DNA of 64,000 nt from Nitrospirota bacterium (GCA_040754455.1 JBFMCP010000001.1:192001-256000); one strand, 5' to 3'. Shown: positions 46,649-56,313, counted from the first letter of the stretch. Notes: generated by a model from the sequence alone, not told the origin. Program-made: numbers and translations.

Positions 46649-47057
46649 CTTTTGCTCCTTCTGTCTTTCTCGGCAGCGGCAGCGCCGTTGCCATTCCCTG
46701 GGCAATGAGCTTTCCTGTTTTTTCGCTCTCCGCCTTGAATTCGACGACCAGCAGGCTCTTCCCTTTATGCACAGTCCTCGCCTCGGCCCTCACGGAATCA
46801 CCTTTTACCGTAGAGCGGAATATATTGAAGCTCCACTGAACACCAACGGCATCGACCACCGAATTCACCGCCAGCGCAAAGGCCACATCCAGGAGCGCGA
46901 AGATCATGCCGCCGTGAGCGATTTCATGAGCGTTCAGGAACTGTTCTTTCACTCCGGCCCTGACAACCGCATGCCCTTCGGAAGCCTCCACCAGCTCCAT
47001 ATCGAAGAGGTGAAAGAGCCGGTCTCCCTGCACGATCTGTTTGACTCTGCTGACCAT
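46617..47057 (-). CDS. paaI: PaaI-family hotdog acyl-CoA thioesterase
   Basis: FLNAHEIAHGGMIFALLDVAFALAVN motif. Confidence 0.85.
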   Translation of the reverse strand: MVSRVKQIVQGDRLFHLFDMELVEASEGHAVVRAGVKEQFLNAHEIAHGGMIFALLDVAFALAVNSVVDAVGVQWSFNIFRSTVKGDSVRAEARTVHKGKSLLVVEFKAESEKTGKLIAQGMATALPLPRKTEGAKEKSSTPNPKF

Positions 47058-47234
47058 TATTATCCTCCGGCCGCTTTCCGGAATTTCATGACAGTATCTG
47101 TTATTTTGTAGAATTATCAGTCGATAAAGCAAATAAATTTTACTACAAACCTGCTTTTTTGTATAATAAAGTCCCTGTTTCAGGCTTTTATCTAGATACG
47201 AGAGCACTACAATTCACTATAAGGAGGGTAAGGG

Positions 47235-48392
47235 ATGAAACGAGCACGTAAGTTTCTGGCAATATTCTTTGCTGTTTTTTTCGTGGTGGGAGCATTGACA
47301 ACCGTCTATGCTAAGGAGCCGTATAAAATCGGTGCCGTCTTCGCTGTAACCGGTCCTGCCTCATTCCTGGGGGAGCCCGAAAAAAATACCACTCTCATGC
47401 TCAAAGACCAGATCAATGCCGCGGGTGGCATCAATGGAACACCAATAGAGATCATTATCGAGGATTCCAAGAGTGATGAGACGCAGGCAGTCCTGGCAGC
47501 CAAAAAGCTCCTGGAGAAAGATAATGTTTTGGCAATTATAGGGCCGTCGACAACAGGGGAGTCCATGGCGCTTGTCCCCATCATGAACGCTGCCAAAACG
47601 CCACTCATTTCTTGTGCTGCAGGGGCGGGCATAACCCAGCCTGTTAAGGAACGGTACTGGATATTCAAGACTCCCCAGTATGATGTCAGCGCTGTTGAGG
47701 CTATCTATACACATATGAAAAAACAGAAGATATCAAAAATCGGTATTGTATCAATCTCTACCGGCTTCGGCGATGCCGGCAGAAAAGCGCTCCTCGATAT
47801 GGCCCCCAAATACGGTATGACCATTGTAGCCGATGAACGCTATGGTCCCAAGGACTCCGACATGACCACCCAGCTCACCAAGATCAAGGCCGCAGGCGCA
47901 CAGGCGGTCATCAACTGGTCCGTCGGCCCCGGCCAAGTTGTAGTGACCAAAAACTGGGCAGCCCTCAAGATGGGGATTCCGCTCTATCAAAGCCACGGAT
48001 GGGGCAGCAAGAAAAATATCGAGCTGGCAGGAAAAGCTGCCGAGGGAGTAATCGCTCCCCTTGGAAGACTGGTAGTCTGGGATAAACTTCACGATACGCA
48101 TCCTCAAAAAGCATTGCTCAAGAAGTATTCGCGGGACTATGAAGCTAAATTCAAGGGCGAGCCAGGTACCTTCGGCGGCCACGCGTACGATTCCCTCATG
48201 ATGGTTGTCGAAGCACTCAAGAAAGTCGGACCTGACAAGAAGAAAATAAGAGATTATATTGAAACCAAAATCAAGAAGTGGCCCGGTACGGGCGGTATCT
48301 TCAACATGTCGCCGCAGGACCACTGCGGTCTTGATAAAACCGCCTTTGAAATGGTGGTCGTCAAGAACGGCGACTGGGAGATCCTGAAGTAG
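47235..48392 (+). CDS. HAAT family ABC substrate-binding protein (aromatic-acid-binding type)
   Basis: Signal peptide, IGAVFAVTGPASFLGEPE, IIGPSTTG, FKTP, YQSHG, DHCG. Confidence 0.88.
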   Translation: MKRARKFLAIFFAVFFVVGALTTVYAKEPYKIGAVFAVTGPASFLGEPEKNTTLMLKDQINAAGGINGTPIEIIIEDSKSDETQAVLAAKKLLEKDNVLAIIGPSTTGESMALVPIMNAAKTPLISCAAGAGITQPVKERYWIFKTPQYDVSAVEAIYTHMKKQKISKIGIVSISTGFGDAGRKALLDMAPKYGMTIVADERYGPKDSDMTTQLTKIKAAGAQAVINWSVGPGQVVVTKNWAALKMGIPLYQSHGWGSKKNIELAGKAAEGVIAPLGRLVVWDKLHDTHPQKALLKKYSRDYEAKFKGEPGTFGGHAYDSLMMVVEALKKVGPDKKKIRDYIETKIKKWPGTGGIFNMSPQDHCGLDKTAFEMVVVKNGDWEILK

Positions 48393-48441
48393 CATCGGTT
48401 AAACAGGGGGGAGGGAATCCCCCCTTATTTTTGCAGAATCT

Positions 48442-49341
48442 GTGGAGGCAGTTGCAGTGACGGTCTTTTTGCAGTTCCTGTTCTCGGGGCTCACCATAGG
48501 GGCGGTTTATGCGATGGTAGGCCTCGGATTTAATATCATCTACAATGCAACCTCGATCATCAATCTCGCCCAGGGAGAGTTCGTCGTTATCGGGGGATTG
48601 GTGATGTGGTTCTTTATCGAGTCGGTAAAGCTGCCCTTCCTTGTCTCTCTTGTGCTCACGCTCCTCACCACAGGGGTTGTGGCATTGCTCATGGAACGCC
48701 TGACCATCAAGCCCCTGAAAAAGACCGACCTGCTCTTGATGATCATGATCACGGTGGCTGTCTCGATTGTCCTGCGGGGACTGCTCATGTTCAAATTCGG
48801 CAAAGAGCCCTACGTCTATGCACCCTTCACCGAGGGCGAGCCGCTCCAGATCTACGGCGCAATCATCCAGCAGCAGACGCTGTGGATCATCGGTATTACC
48901 TGTTGCTGCATCGTTCTCATTTATCTTTTTTTCAGCAGGACGCTCCTCGGCAAGGCGATGCGTGCCTGTGCCGTCAACCCCACAGCCGCCAAGCTCGTCG
49001 GGATCAATGTGGAGAGAATGGTCATGATCTCCTTTGTCCTGAGCGCCATCATGGGCGCAATAGCCGGCGTCGCGATAACCCCGATCTCGCTCATGGAATA
49101 TGACAAAGGCCCGATGCTTGCCGTAAAAGGGTTTTCTGCCGCCATCATGGGCGGCCTCGGCCGCGGCAGAGGATCGGTCATTGGAGGGTTCATCATCGGT
49201 ATCCTCGAATCCATGACCGCAGGATACCTCCATTCAGGACTGAAAGACGCGGTGGCATTGATCATTCTGCTCGCCGTGCTCTTCTTCAGACCTGCCGGGC
49301 TTTTCGGCAGCAAGGCCATGCTTCAGCTACGGAAGTTTTAA
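48442..49341 (+). CDS. livH: HAAT ABC permease LivH-like
   Basis: GAVYAMVGLGF...INLAQGEF, KGFSAAIMGGLG. Confidence 0.9.
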   Translation: MEAVAVTVFLQFLFSGLTIGAVYAMVGLGFNIIYNATSIINLAQGEFVVIGGLVMWFFIESVKLPFLVSLVLTLLTTGVVALLMERLTIKPLKKTDLLLMIMITVAVSIVLRGLLMFKFGKEPYVYAPFTEGEPLQIYGAIIQQQTLWIIGITCCCIVLIYLFFSRTLLGKAMRACAVNPTAAKLVGINVERMVMISFVLSAIMGAIAGVAITPISLMEYDKGPMLAVKGFSAAIMGGLGRGRGSVIGGFIIGILESMTAGYLHSGLKDAVALIILLAVLFFRPAGLFGSKAMLQLRKF

Positions 49342-49344
49342 GCC

Positions 49345-50280
49345 ATGTCGAGAGGAAATCGCACCGCCTACATAGTCTTTGTAGCGCTTATCATATTGTT
49401 CCCCCTTCTCTTCGGGGGAAGCTCCTATACTATCAGCATCGGTCTCTTTGCTGGAATCAATGCGCTGGTAGCTATAGGATTAAGCATCCTCATGGGCTAC
49501 GCAGGACAGATATCCCTGGGACAGGCGGGTTTTTATGGTATCGGCGCCTATGTCTCCGCCATCCTCAGCACAAAATACGGGATGCCCGTTGTACCCAGTC
49601 TCGCCGCGGCAATGGTCACGGCCAGCTGTGCCTCGGTATTCCTTGCCATTCCCGCCCTGAGGTTGAAGGGCCACTATCTGGCGGTTGCCACCCTGGGATT
49701 CGGCGAGATTGTCCATGTGGCACTGAACGAGTGGGGGCCCGGTGGTCCGTCGGGGTTCGGCGACATACCGCACTTCAGTGTGTTCGGATACACTTTTACG
49801 ACAGCAAATGAATATTTTTATCTCGTCTGGGGCATCGTGGCGGTCGTCATGATCTTCTCCTTCAACCTCATCAACTCGAGAATCGGCAGGGCCTTCAGGG
49901 CCATTCACGACAGCGAGCTGGCGAGCAATGCAATGGGAGTCGATGTCGCCGACCTGAAAGTGAAGGTCTTTATTCTGAGCGCACTCTATGCAGCGCTGGC
50001 GGGCGGCCTCTATGCCCACTACATCACGTTTATAAGCCCGGGCAATTTTACGCTCTTTTATTCCGTGCTGGTGCTGATGATGGTCGTCGTAGGGGGGATC
50101 AACAATCTGTGGGGTGCGGTCATCGGTTCGATATTCATAACGGTGCTGCCCGAACTGCTCAGAAAGTTCGAGGAGTTCGATGTCCTGGCCTACGGTCTTA
50201 TCCTGACCCTTTCGCTGCTGTTCTTCAGAAAAGGCGTAGTGCCGCTCATAACAGAAAAATTAAAAAAGAGGAGCATGTAG
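49345..50280 (+). CDS. livM: HAAT ABC permease LivM-like
   Basis: GYAGQISLGQAGFYGIGAY, RLKGHYLAVATLG. Confidence 0.9.
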   Translation: MSRGNRTAYIVFVALIILFPLLFGGSSYTISIGLFAGINALVAIGLSILMGYAGQISLGQAGFYGIGAYVSAILSTKYGMPVVPSLAAAMVTASCASVFLAIPALRLKGHYLAVATLGFGEIVHVALNEWGPGGPSGFGDIPHFSVFGYTFTTANEYFYLVWGIVAVVMIFSFNLINSRIGRAFRAIHDSELASNAMGVDVADLKVKVFILSALYAALAGGLYAHYITFISPGNFTLFYSVLVLMMVVVGGINNLWGAVIGSIFITVLPELLRKFEEFDVLAYGLILTLSLLFFRKGVVPLITEKLKKRSM

Positions 50281-50282
50281 CG

Positions 50283-51047
50283 GTGCTCGAAGTCAGGAAT
50301 ATAGGGAAAAATTTCGGCGGACTCGTTGCGCTCCGCGATATCAACTTCATCGTAGCGGAGCGCGAGATCAGGGCGATCATCGGCCCCAACGGGGCAGGGA
50401 AGACGACGCTTCTCAACATCGTGAGCGGGATCTATCCGCCCGATCAGGGAGAGGTCATGCTCTCGGGCAAAAAGATCAGCTCACTCTCTCCCGTTAAAAT
50501 CGCACGGAAGGGCATTTCCCGCACCTTCCAGCATGTCGAGCTCTTCGGCAGCATGACCGTGCTGGAGAATGTCATGCTTGGGCGGCATGTAAAGACCGGG
50601 GCGGGGTTCATTGCCTCGGGGCTCAAACTCCCCTTTGTGCTCCGTGAAGAGCAGAAGATCAGAAGAAAGAGCGAAGAGATCCTCGAGTATATCGGGCTTG
50701 CCCATCGGAAAGACGAACCAGCATCGAACCTCCCCATCGGCGAAGAAAGAATCCTCGAAATCGGCAGGGCGCTGGCGACCGAGCCGAAGCTGCTGCTTCT
50801 GGACGAACCCGCATCAGGGCTGAACGAAGCGGAGACGCTCCAATTGACTTCCTCCATCAAGCAGCTGCGTGATGAGAAAGGGATCACCATCATCCTGGTC
50901 GAGCATGACATGGGATTGGTGATGAACCTCTCCGAAAGGATTACCGTCCTTGATTTCGGTGAGCAGCTAGCCGAGGGTACCCCCGAGGAAATACGGAACA
51001 ACAAACTGGTAATCGATGCCTATCTCGGAGCGGAGGATATCGTCTGA
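50283..51047 (+). CDS. livG: HAAT ABC ATPase LivG-like
   Basis: GPNGAGKTT, ISRTFQ, LDEPASG, VEHDM. GTG start inferred. Confidence 0.9.
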   Translation: MLEVRNIGKNFGGLVALRDINFIVAEREIRAIIGPNGAGKTTLLNIVSGIYPPDQGEVMLSGKKISSLSPVKIARKGISRTFQHVELFGSMTVLENVMLGRHVKTGAGFIASGLKLPFVLREEQKIRRKSEEILEYIGLAHRKDEPASNLPIGEERILEIGRALATEPKLLLLDEPASGLNEAETLQLTSSIKQLRDEKGITIILVEHDMGLVMNLSERITVLDFGEQLAEGTPEEIRNNKLVIDAYLGAEDIV

Positions 51048-51763
51048 TGCTGCTGGACATCAGGAATCTCAAGGTCTCGTATGGCGGCATCAGCGCGCTC
51101 CACGGCATTTCGCTCGCCTTTCAGGAAAAGAGCATTGTGAGCATCATCGGCGCCAACGGCGCCGGAAAGACAACGCTCCTCAATGCGGTCATGAACATCG
51201 TCCCTCTTGTCTCCGGAGAGATTTATTTCGACAACGTGAACATCACCAAAGCGCCGACGCATGAACTGGTGCAGAGGGGGATAAGCCTGGTGCCCGAAGG
51301 CCGCATGCTCTTCGGTCATCTGACGGTCCAGGACAATCTCTCCCTCGGTGCCTATCTTTTTATCAATAAAATCGGAAAAAAGGAGGTGGAGAAAAGGGCA
51401 GAGAGAATATTTGAGCTTTTCCCGATTCTGAAAGAGAGGAAAAAGCAGCTCGCAGGAACCCTGAGCGGCGGACAGCAGCAGATGCTCGCCATCGGAAGGG
51501 CGCTCATGGCGTCACCGCGCCTGCTCATGCTCGATGAACCGTCGATGGGGCTTGCACCGCTCCTGGTGAAGGACATCTTCCGGGTCATCAAGCACCTCAA
51601 TGAGGAATCGATGAGCATCCTGCTGATCGAGCAGAATGCGCGGGCAGCATTGAAGCTTTCCCACTATGCCTTTGTCCTGGAATCTGGAGAACTGGCAGGC
51701 CACGGCACGGGAAAGGAGCTTCTCGACAATGAAAGAGTAAAGAAGGCGTATCTGGGGGGTTAA
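51047..51763 (+). CDS. livF: HAAT ABC ATPase LivF-like
   Basis: GANGAGKTT, LSGGQQQM, DEPSMGLAP. Confidence 0.9.
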   Translation: MLLDIRNLKVSYGGISALHGISLAFQEKSIVSIIGANGAGKTTLLNAVMNIVPLVSGEIYFDNVNITKAPTHELVQRGISLVPEGRMLFGHLTVQDNLSLGAYLFINKIGKKEVEKRAERIFELFPILKERKKQLAGTLSGGQQQMLAIGRALMASPRLLMLDEPSMGLAPLLVKDIFRVIKHLNEESMSILLIEQNARAALKLSHYAFVLESGELAGHGTGKELLDNERVKKAYLGG

Positions 51764-51784
51764 AAAACAAAACAGGAGGATGGG

Positions 51785-53218
51785 ATGAGAAGGCTTTGGA
51801 TGTTGCTGACGTTGCTGTTGGTCTCACTTTTGTTTGTCTCATCGGTGTACGCTGAAGTAAAGTTTGATTACGGGGCGTCGTTAAGACTTCGGCAGGAGAT
51901 CTGGGATGATGTTATTAATCTTGACACTCCCACAACAATTACTCCAGCAAAAATCGCTGCGAGAGACAGAAACTTTTTCAGACTCAGGACACAGGTCTGG
52001 GGCAAGGCAGACTTCACCAAAGACCTCGGTGCATATCTGAGGCTCACCAACGAGGCCAAGTACTATATAGGTCCCTTCAGGCCTAATGAGGGCAGGACTG
52101 ATGCAAGTGCAAACAGAGACAGGCTCGATGAAGACGAGCTCATCATCGATAATTTCTATTTCGATGCGAAAAATGTGTTCGGACTTCCTGTTGATGTGCG
52201 TATCGGCCGTCAGGATTTCCTCGGTCCTGACAGCTACGGCGAGGGATTTCTCCTCCTCGACGGCACACCTAATGACGGCTCAAGGAGCTTCTACTTCAAT
52301 GCAGCCAGGCTGAGGTGGAAGATCACCCCGAAGAACAGTATCGATTTCGTCTATATCAGCAACCCAATGACTGACATCTATATGCCGTCGCTTCATCCTG
52401 CATCGACAGGCTCGGCATCTTTTGTAGACAATAAAAAATTGCTGAACGCTTCAGATGAGCAAGGCTTTATGGTGTACAGCAGGAATAAAGTGGGAGACAA
52501 TCTCACGGTAGAGCCATACTATATCTACAAATCGGAAGAAGGCTTCGCCCCCGGCGGAAGCAATCCCGTATTACCAAGCCTGCACCTCAACACGGTCGGT
52601 GCGCGCATCGTGTATGCTATTCCAAACAGCTGGAAATTCGGCGGAGAATTCGCCCATCAGTTCGGAGAGTATTCCGGTGGGAGAGATAGGAGAGGCAACG
52701 GCGGGTATATCTTCGTTGGACGCGCATACCCTAATGTGAAGTGGAAGCCCGAGTTTGATCTCCGCTATGTCTACCTGTCGGGCGATGATCCCGATACGAC
52801 GAAGCACGAAGGATGGAACCCCCTCTTTTCAAGGGCGCCTTACTGGAATGAGCTCATCATCTACACGCTCATCAATGAAACCAGAGCTACTTCCGGTGCT
52901 ATTCCCGGCTACTGGACTAATATGCATATTTACAAAGCATCGACAAAGCTGAACTTCAACGAGAACACCAATCTCACTCTCGCCTACCAGTATCTCAGGG
53001 CTGATGAGGAGACCAATATCACCGGTGGCGCAGTCGGATCGATGTTCAGCAATGATGATAAAGACAGAGGGCATCTCCCAACGGCTTTCCTTAATCACAA
53101 GTTCTCGAAGAAGGTCGATGGATTCCTGCAGTTCGAGTACTTTGTCCCCGGAGACTTCTACGGCAGTTCAGCAGACAACGCCATTTTCTTCAGGTGGCAG
53201 CTGCAGGTTAAGCTGTAA
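51785..53218 (+). CDS. Outer-membrane beta-barrel, alginate export (AlgE-like) family
   Basis: Signal peptide, LRLRQE, FRLRT, RIGRQD, YLSGDDP, amphipathic strands, aromatic-rich C-terminal strand. Confidence 0.75.
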   Translation: MRRLWMLLTLLLVSLLFVSSVYAEVKFDYGASLRLRQEIWDDVINLDTPTTITPAKIAARDRNFFRLRTQVWGKADFTKDLGAYLRLTNEAKYYIGPFRPNEGRTDASANRDRLDEDELIIDNFYFDAKNVFGLPVDVRIGRQDFLGPDSYGEGFLLLDGTPNDGSRSFYFNAARLRWKITPKNSIDFVYISNPMTDIYMPSLHPASTGSASFVDNKKLLNASDEQGFMVYSRNKVGDNLTVEPYYIYKSEEGFAPGGSNPVLPSLHLNTVGARIVYAIPNSWKFGGEFAHQFGEYSGGRDRRGNGGYIFVGRAYPNVKWKPEFDLRYVYLSGDDPDTTKHEGWNPLFSRAPYWNELIIYTLINETRATSGAIPGYWTNMHIYKASTKLNFNENTNLTLAYQYLRADEETNITGGAVGSMFSNDDKDRGHLPTAFLNHKFSKKVDGFLQFEYFVPGDFYGSSADNAIFFRWQLQVKL

Positions 53219-53239
53219 TCCTACTTTCAGTTTCTTTCG

Positions 53240-53266
53240 AGCCCCCTCTCCGGAGGGGGCTTTTTT
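53240..53266 (+). terminator. Intrinsic terminator after the porin
   Basis: AGCCCCCTC TCCG GAGGGGGCT TTTTT. Confidence 0.85.
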
Positions 53267-53287
53267 CTTCAGGGCAAATGATCGATA

Positions 53288-53483
53288 TAGGAGTCAGAGG
53301 AAAGAGGCAGGAAGGGGTACGGAAAGGAGCTTGCTCGCGCCTCCTTATACTTCCACTAAGGCTTCAAACTCTTAAAAGCAATTATTCTTATGCAGAGTAT
53401 TGCATATCCGTTTATCATTAATGCGCATTGAGAAAGCTTCTTGGAGTGCCCCTTCCTGCCTGTACCACATACGCGTACTTCCT
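53288..53483 (+). mobile_element. Dispersed nested-inverted-repeat (MITE-like) element, copy 4
   Basis: Core 53306-53460: GGCAGGAAGGGGTACGGAAAGGAGCTTGCTCGCGC...GCGCATTGAGAAAGCTTCTTGGAGTGCCCCTTCCTGCC. Outer ends degenerate. Confidence 0.8.
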
Positions 53484-53559
53484 CTGTTGATGCGTTTGCC
53501 CTGTTATTTTTCACGCAATGAGGAGCTTTTTCGGTCAAAAAGATATATAATAGAACGCT

Positions 53560-54417
53560 ATGCACGATTTTTCCTTCAATAAGGTAGCCATCCTGGGCGT
53601 CGGCCTCATCGGTGCATCCTGCGCCCTTGCGCTCAAAGAGAAAGGCTTGTGCAGGACCGTTGTCGGCTACGGCAGGAGAGAGGAGCATCTGCAGCAGGCA
53701 AAAGAGCGGGCGATTATCGACGCCTACAGCCTGGACAGCCGCAAGGCCTGCAGAGATGCCGATCTCGTGATACTCGCTACGCCGGTCGGCCTGTTCACCG
53801 GCCTCGTCGAACAGATACACGGCAGTCTGAAAAAAGGAGCGCTCGTGACCGATGTGGGGAGCGTAAAAGGTACTCTGGTACAGGAGCTCGAAGTGCTCAT
53901 GCCCGACGGCGTGCACTACGTCGGCGCTCATCCCATTGCAGGAGGAGACAGCTCAGGCATTGGCGAGGCGCGGGCAGACCTCTTCAGTGAAGCCCTTTGC
54001 ATCGTTACGCCGACAAGGCGCACCGACCCGGGCGCCACCGAAAAGATCATTACGCTCTGGAAACAGATAGGCGCGAAAGTTGAGCTTCTGGATCCCGAAC
54101 GGCATGATGAAATCTATGCAGCGGTGAGCCACCTGCCCCATATCGTCGCCTACGCCCTTGTCAATACCGTCGGGGATATCAATGCAGAATACCTCACCTA
54201 TGCAGGGCAGGGCTTCAAGGATACAACGCGCATCGCCCTGAGTTCTCCCGAAATGTGGAGAGACATTGCGATCCTGAACAGAGAGAATCTCGTCCGGCTG
54301 ATCGAAATGATACGCGATAATCTTGAACACATGAGAAATTGCATTGATACCATGGACGCCTCGTGCATAGACCAGGAATTTAATAAGGCGCAGGCATTAC
54401 GGAAGAAGCTGAAATAA
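53560..54417 (+). CDS. tyrA: Prephenate/arogenate dehydrogenase
   Basis: GVGLIG, TDVGSVK, HPIAG, HD...A.VSHLPH, GFKDTTRIA. Confidence 0.93.
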   Translation: MHDFSFNKVAILGVGLIGASCALALKEKGLCRTVVGYGRREEHLQQAKERAIIDAYSLDSRKACRDADLVILATPVGLFTGLVEQIHGSLKKGALVTDVGSVKGTLVQELEVLMPDGVHYVGAHPIAGGDSSGIGEARADLFSEALCIVTPTRRTDPGATEKIITLWKQIGAKVELLDPERHDEIYAAVSHLPHIVAYALVNTVGDINAEYLTYAGQGFKDTTRIALSSPEMWRDIAILNRENLVRLIEMIRDNLEHMRNCIDTMDASCIDQEFNKAQALRKKLK

Positions 54418-54427
54418 AAGACGGTGA

Positions 54428-55735
54428 ATGGGTGAATCGGTGAATAGAGGGAAAATAGAACTGAAAAAGGTTAAAAGCTTAAAAGGTGAGATCACTCCTC
54501 CACCCGATAAATCCATTTCCCATAGATCGATCATGTTCGCTTCTTTGGCTGAAGGAAAAAGCGTCGTGCGTAACTTCCTCCGCGCAGAGGACCCGATCAG
54601 CACCATGAATGCCTTCAGGATGCTGGGGATCGACGTTCAGGACAACGGCAAAGAGGTCGTCATCCACGGGAACGGCCCTCGCGGTCTCAGGGAACCGTTT
54701 GATGTGATCAACTGTGGCAACTCCGGAACAACGGTGCGGCTCATTGCGGGCATCCTCGCCGGCAATCCGTTCTTCTCAGCGCTCACCGGCGACGACTCAC
54801 TGAAACAGCGGCCTATGGCTCGGGTCATCAATCCCCTGAAAGAAATGGGGGCAATCATTAACGGAAGAGCGGGCAACAAGTATCTGCCCATTGCCATCCA
54901 GGGAGGCAATCTCAAGGCGATCCGGTATACCATGCCGATGTCTTCCGCACAGGTGAAGTCGTGCCTCATCCTTGCCGGCCTCTATGCAGGGGGCAAAACA
55001 GTAATTACCGAGCCCTATAAATCACGCGATCATACCGAGCGGATGCTCAAGGCGATGGGAGCATTGATCGAAGTGAATAATCTCTCGGTAAGCATCAAGG
55101 GCGGCTCGCCGCTCAGGGCCATCGAGGTCGATGTTCCGGCGGACTTCTCGTCAGCCGCCTTCTTTATCGTTGCCGCCCTCCTCGTCCCCGGCTCGGAGGT
55201 GATGATCAGGAACGTGGGAATGAACCCCACGAGAACCGGCCTCCTCGACGTCATAAAAAATATGGGCGCATCGGTTGAACTGCTCAACCGCAGAGAGGTG
55301 TCCGGAGAGCCCGTTGCCGATCTCTACTGCACAACAGCCGGAACTCTCAAGGCAACGACCATCAGCAAGGAAATGATCCCCTCGCTCATCGACGAATTTC
55401 CCATCCTCTGCGTTCTGGTGACCCAGGCCGAAGGGGTTACCAACGTACGGGGAGCGGAAGAGCTCCGCGTAAAAGAGTCGGACAGGATCAAGGCCATGGC
55501 AACGGAGCTGAAAAAGCTCGGCGTGGAGCTCGAAGAATATCCCGACGGCATTGCGATAAAAGGAAAGGCCTCATTGAAAGGCAGCACTGTCGAAAGCTAC
55601 GGCGACCACCGCATCGCCATGTCCCTCGCCGTCGCCTCACTGATTGCAGAAGGAACCATGACCATCAACGATGCCGCCTGCGTCGATATTTCGTTCCCCG
55701 GATTCTTCGAACAATTGAAAACACTCTGCCGGTAG
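54428..55735 (+). CDS. aroA: 3-phosphoshikimate 1-carboxyvinyltransferase
   Basis: PPDKSISHR, CGNSGTT, SAQVKS, RDHTE, LRVKESDR, DHRIAM. Exact start uncertain. Confidence 0.95.
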   Translation: MGESVNRGKIELKKVKSLKGEITPPPDKSISHRSIMFASLAEGKSVVRNFLRAEDPISTMNAFRMLGIDVQDNGKEVVIHGNGPRGLREPFDVINCGNSGTTVRLIAGILAGNPFFSALTGDDSLKQRPMARVINPLKEMGAIINGRAGNKYLPIAIQGGNLKAIRYTMPMSSAQVKSCLILAGLYAGGKTVITEPYKSRDHTERMLKAMGALIEVNNLSVSIKGGSPLRAIEVDVPADFSSAAFFIVAALLVPGSEVMIRNVGMNPTRTGLLDVIKNMGASVELLNRREVSGEPVADLYCTTAGTLKATTISKEMIPSLIDEFPILCVLVTQAEGVTNVRGAEELRVKESDRIKAMATELKKLGVELEEYPDGIAIKGKASLKGSTVESYGDHRIAMSLAVASLIAEGTMTINDAACVDISFPGFFEQLKTLCR

Positions 55736-55746
55736 GCACTCTCGCG

Positions 55747-56169
55747 TCACAACCACCCTATCCTCTTCTCCGCCTTCAACTCCCGCTCCCGCTCGAAGAC
55801 GAATGTGGTGATGATGTCTCTTATTTTTTCATCAACAGAAATCCACTGTAGTGCTACCCTGCGGGTACGGTGAGGGGTGTCGACACGCACGACCTCTCCA
55901 CAGGCTACAATGATGCCTCTCTGCGTTTTCAAATGCATCTTAATTTCTATGATATCGCCGAGCGTGTAATGCTCCTCGGTCTCGAAAGCTATTCCCGCGC
56001 CGCTGATATCGACTCTTTTACGCACCTTGTCATTCAGTGAATGACGGTGGTCGTGCGCGATGACGTGCCAGCGGCACGACTCTTTCTTTTCGGGCGGCAC
56101 GAAACGGGTCTTCAAAGGGATGTCGGCATATACCCTGAAGTACGCTCGTTTGTTTTTCTCGCTCTTCAT
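55747..56169 (-). CDS. PilZ domain protein
   Basis: KRAYFR (RxxxR) and DISGAG (DxSxxG) c-di-GMP motifs. Confidence 0.8.
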   Translation of the reverse strand: MKSEKNKRAYFRVYADIPLKTRFVPPEKKESCRWHVIAHDHRHSLNDKVRKRVDISGAGIAFETEEHYTLGDIIEIKMHLKTQRGIIVACGEVVRVDTPHRTRRVALQWISVDEKIRDIITTFVFERERELKAEKRIGWL

Positions 56170-56313
56170 TGCTCCCGCCTTTTTCCGATATACAGTTATA
56201 CCATAAAGCAGCCTTATGGTTAAAATCCACTGTAATATTTGCACTTTCTTGACTTTCATAGTATTCTTCTTTTATCTTGTCAGTTGCACTATTTTTCCTG
56301 AAAAGGGGGCGCT

